This document shows positions 63,360 to 64,000 of a DNA stretch of 64,000 bases, piece after piece; the stretch's first letter is position 1, and every line of letters begins with the position of its first letter. Made by a program: the position numbers and the translations under genes. The notes beneath the pieces were generated by a model. That model searched no databases. It had not been told where the DNA came from and worked only from the letters and a program-made list of their open reading frames with translations. This DNA is from a virus (taxonomy: Duplodnaviria > Heunggongvirae > Uroviricota > Caudoviricetes), in IMG/VR virus record IMGVR_UViG_3300024287_000004, positions 492-64,491 of that record, one strand, 5' to 3'.

Positions 63360-63574
63360 TTTATCTCCCCGTATAGTGGTTGCCAGTTTATGTGACTAGG
63401 GCAGGCTTTCAAACCACCCTCGCCACGCAACTCTGCTGCAATCTTAGGATCGTCGTAGTAATACCACCTAGGCACTACGGGCCACGGGTAGTTTTGTAGG
63501 GTAGTCATTACCAAATTGCCTGCATCGTCGAGACGGTTGCAACGCCAAGCCACAACCTGTAAATCTACGCCCAT
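63356..63574 (-). CDS. Hypothetical protein, 72 aa
   Basis: ORF. Confidence 0.35.
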   Translation of the reverse strand: MGVDLQVVAWRCNRLDDAGNLVMTTLQNYPWPVVPRWYYYDDPKIAAELRGEGGLKACPSHINWQPLYGEIK

Positions 63575-63858
63575 GACGGCTTTCCTGCTGCCATGCCAAA
63601 GCTGCTACCTACGTTCCTAGCAAGCCTCTTCCTGCGCGTCTTAAACAGACGACCCTCAGTTTCTGCTTTCCTAGCTTGACTCATCTGCCTACAATTTGTG
63701 CATCGAGAGTTGCTGACATACCTAGGGGCTACATGTCCCCATATGCAAGGTTCCCCGGTGAAGTAGGTTTTGCTACCGGCAGCAATAGCTTGCTTACGTA
63801 GCATCTCTTCCCGAGATTCATCTAACACGGGCTCTGCTTGGTCGATGAAGCCACTCAT
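63565..63858 (-). CDS. Hypothetical Cys-containing protein, 97 aa
   Basis: ORF; CIWGH...CTNC. Confidence 0.35.
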   Translation of the reverse strand: MSGFIDQAEPVLDESREEMLRKQAIAAGSKTYFTGEPCIWGHVAPRYVSNSRCTNCRQMSQARKAETEGRLFKTRRKRLARNVGSSFGMAAGKPSWA

Positions 63859-64000
63859 GCCAACACCGCCTTAACCCGGCTCAGGGCTGCTACAAGGGCA
63901 TCTGCTGCCTTGGTGGCTTCCTGCAACTGGGTAGTGTCTACGTCAACAGTGAGCTTGGCAAGCTGGTTGGTAGGTTGTGGGCTGGCAATGATGCTAGCAT

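Noticed and set aside
1-64000. tRNA genes, integrase/repressor (lysogeny) module, phage RNA polymerase
   Set aside because: I could find no tRNA-like T-loop/anticodon structure by eye. No tyrosine/serine recombinase or CI-like repressor is present. No single-subunit RNAP is present. Promoters are host sigma70-like throughout, so I treat the phage as probably virulent and host-RNAP dependent. Absence within 64 kb is not proof for the whole genome.

Overview
This window is a contiguous segment of a dsDNA tailed-phage genome with host sigma70-type promoters throughout. No phage RNA polymerase, integrase or repressor is visible.

Layout:
- 1-11074 (+): the 3' end of a very large alpha-helical virion gene (tape-measure-like), tail and tail-fibre genes, and a lysis cassette. 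The cassette holds a YiiX/C92-like amidase, a Rz-like membrane protein, a GH108 endolysin and a holin, with a free-standing HNH endonuclease inserted between them.
- ~11096-11125: a strong terminator at the convergence point.
- 11127-49781 (-): about 39 kb of early/replication genes. These include a family A DNA polymerase, a T7 gp4-like primase-helicase, a T7 gp6-like exonuclease, ATP-dependent ligase, SSB ending in DDDIPF, a UvrD-like helicase, ThyX, a B12-type class II RNR with NrdH, MazG and a metallophosphatase. Eight HNH homing endonucleases are interspersed (five are HNH_3+AP2 paralogs).
- 11851-19146 (-): an NAD+/ADP-ribose island. It carries a Macro domain, a vWA protein, a NAMPT homolog, a short PRPP-synthetase homolog, a YspA/DUF2493 SLOG domain, DUF4326 and a mini-HAD phosphatase. 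This is the most likely anti-defence (NAD+ reconstitution) system in the window.
- 49782-50663: a 0.9 kb divergent non-coding control region.
- 50664-60355 (+): about 30 small early genes in short promoter-gene-terminator units that share a conserved promoter motif. Inside this block are two clusters of consensus DnaA boxes (55.35-55.49 kb and 56.10-56.25 kb) next to AT-rich repeats, an oriC-like architecture.
- 60396-61531: a 1.1 kb non-coding region with iteron-like repeats, an AT-rich core and a 13-bp perfect inverted repeat bracketing about 340 bp.
- 61532 onward (-): a secreted Gly/Cys-rich protein and a few small genes.
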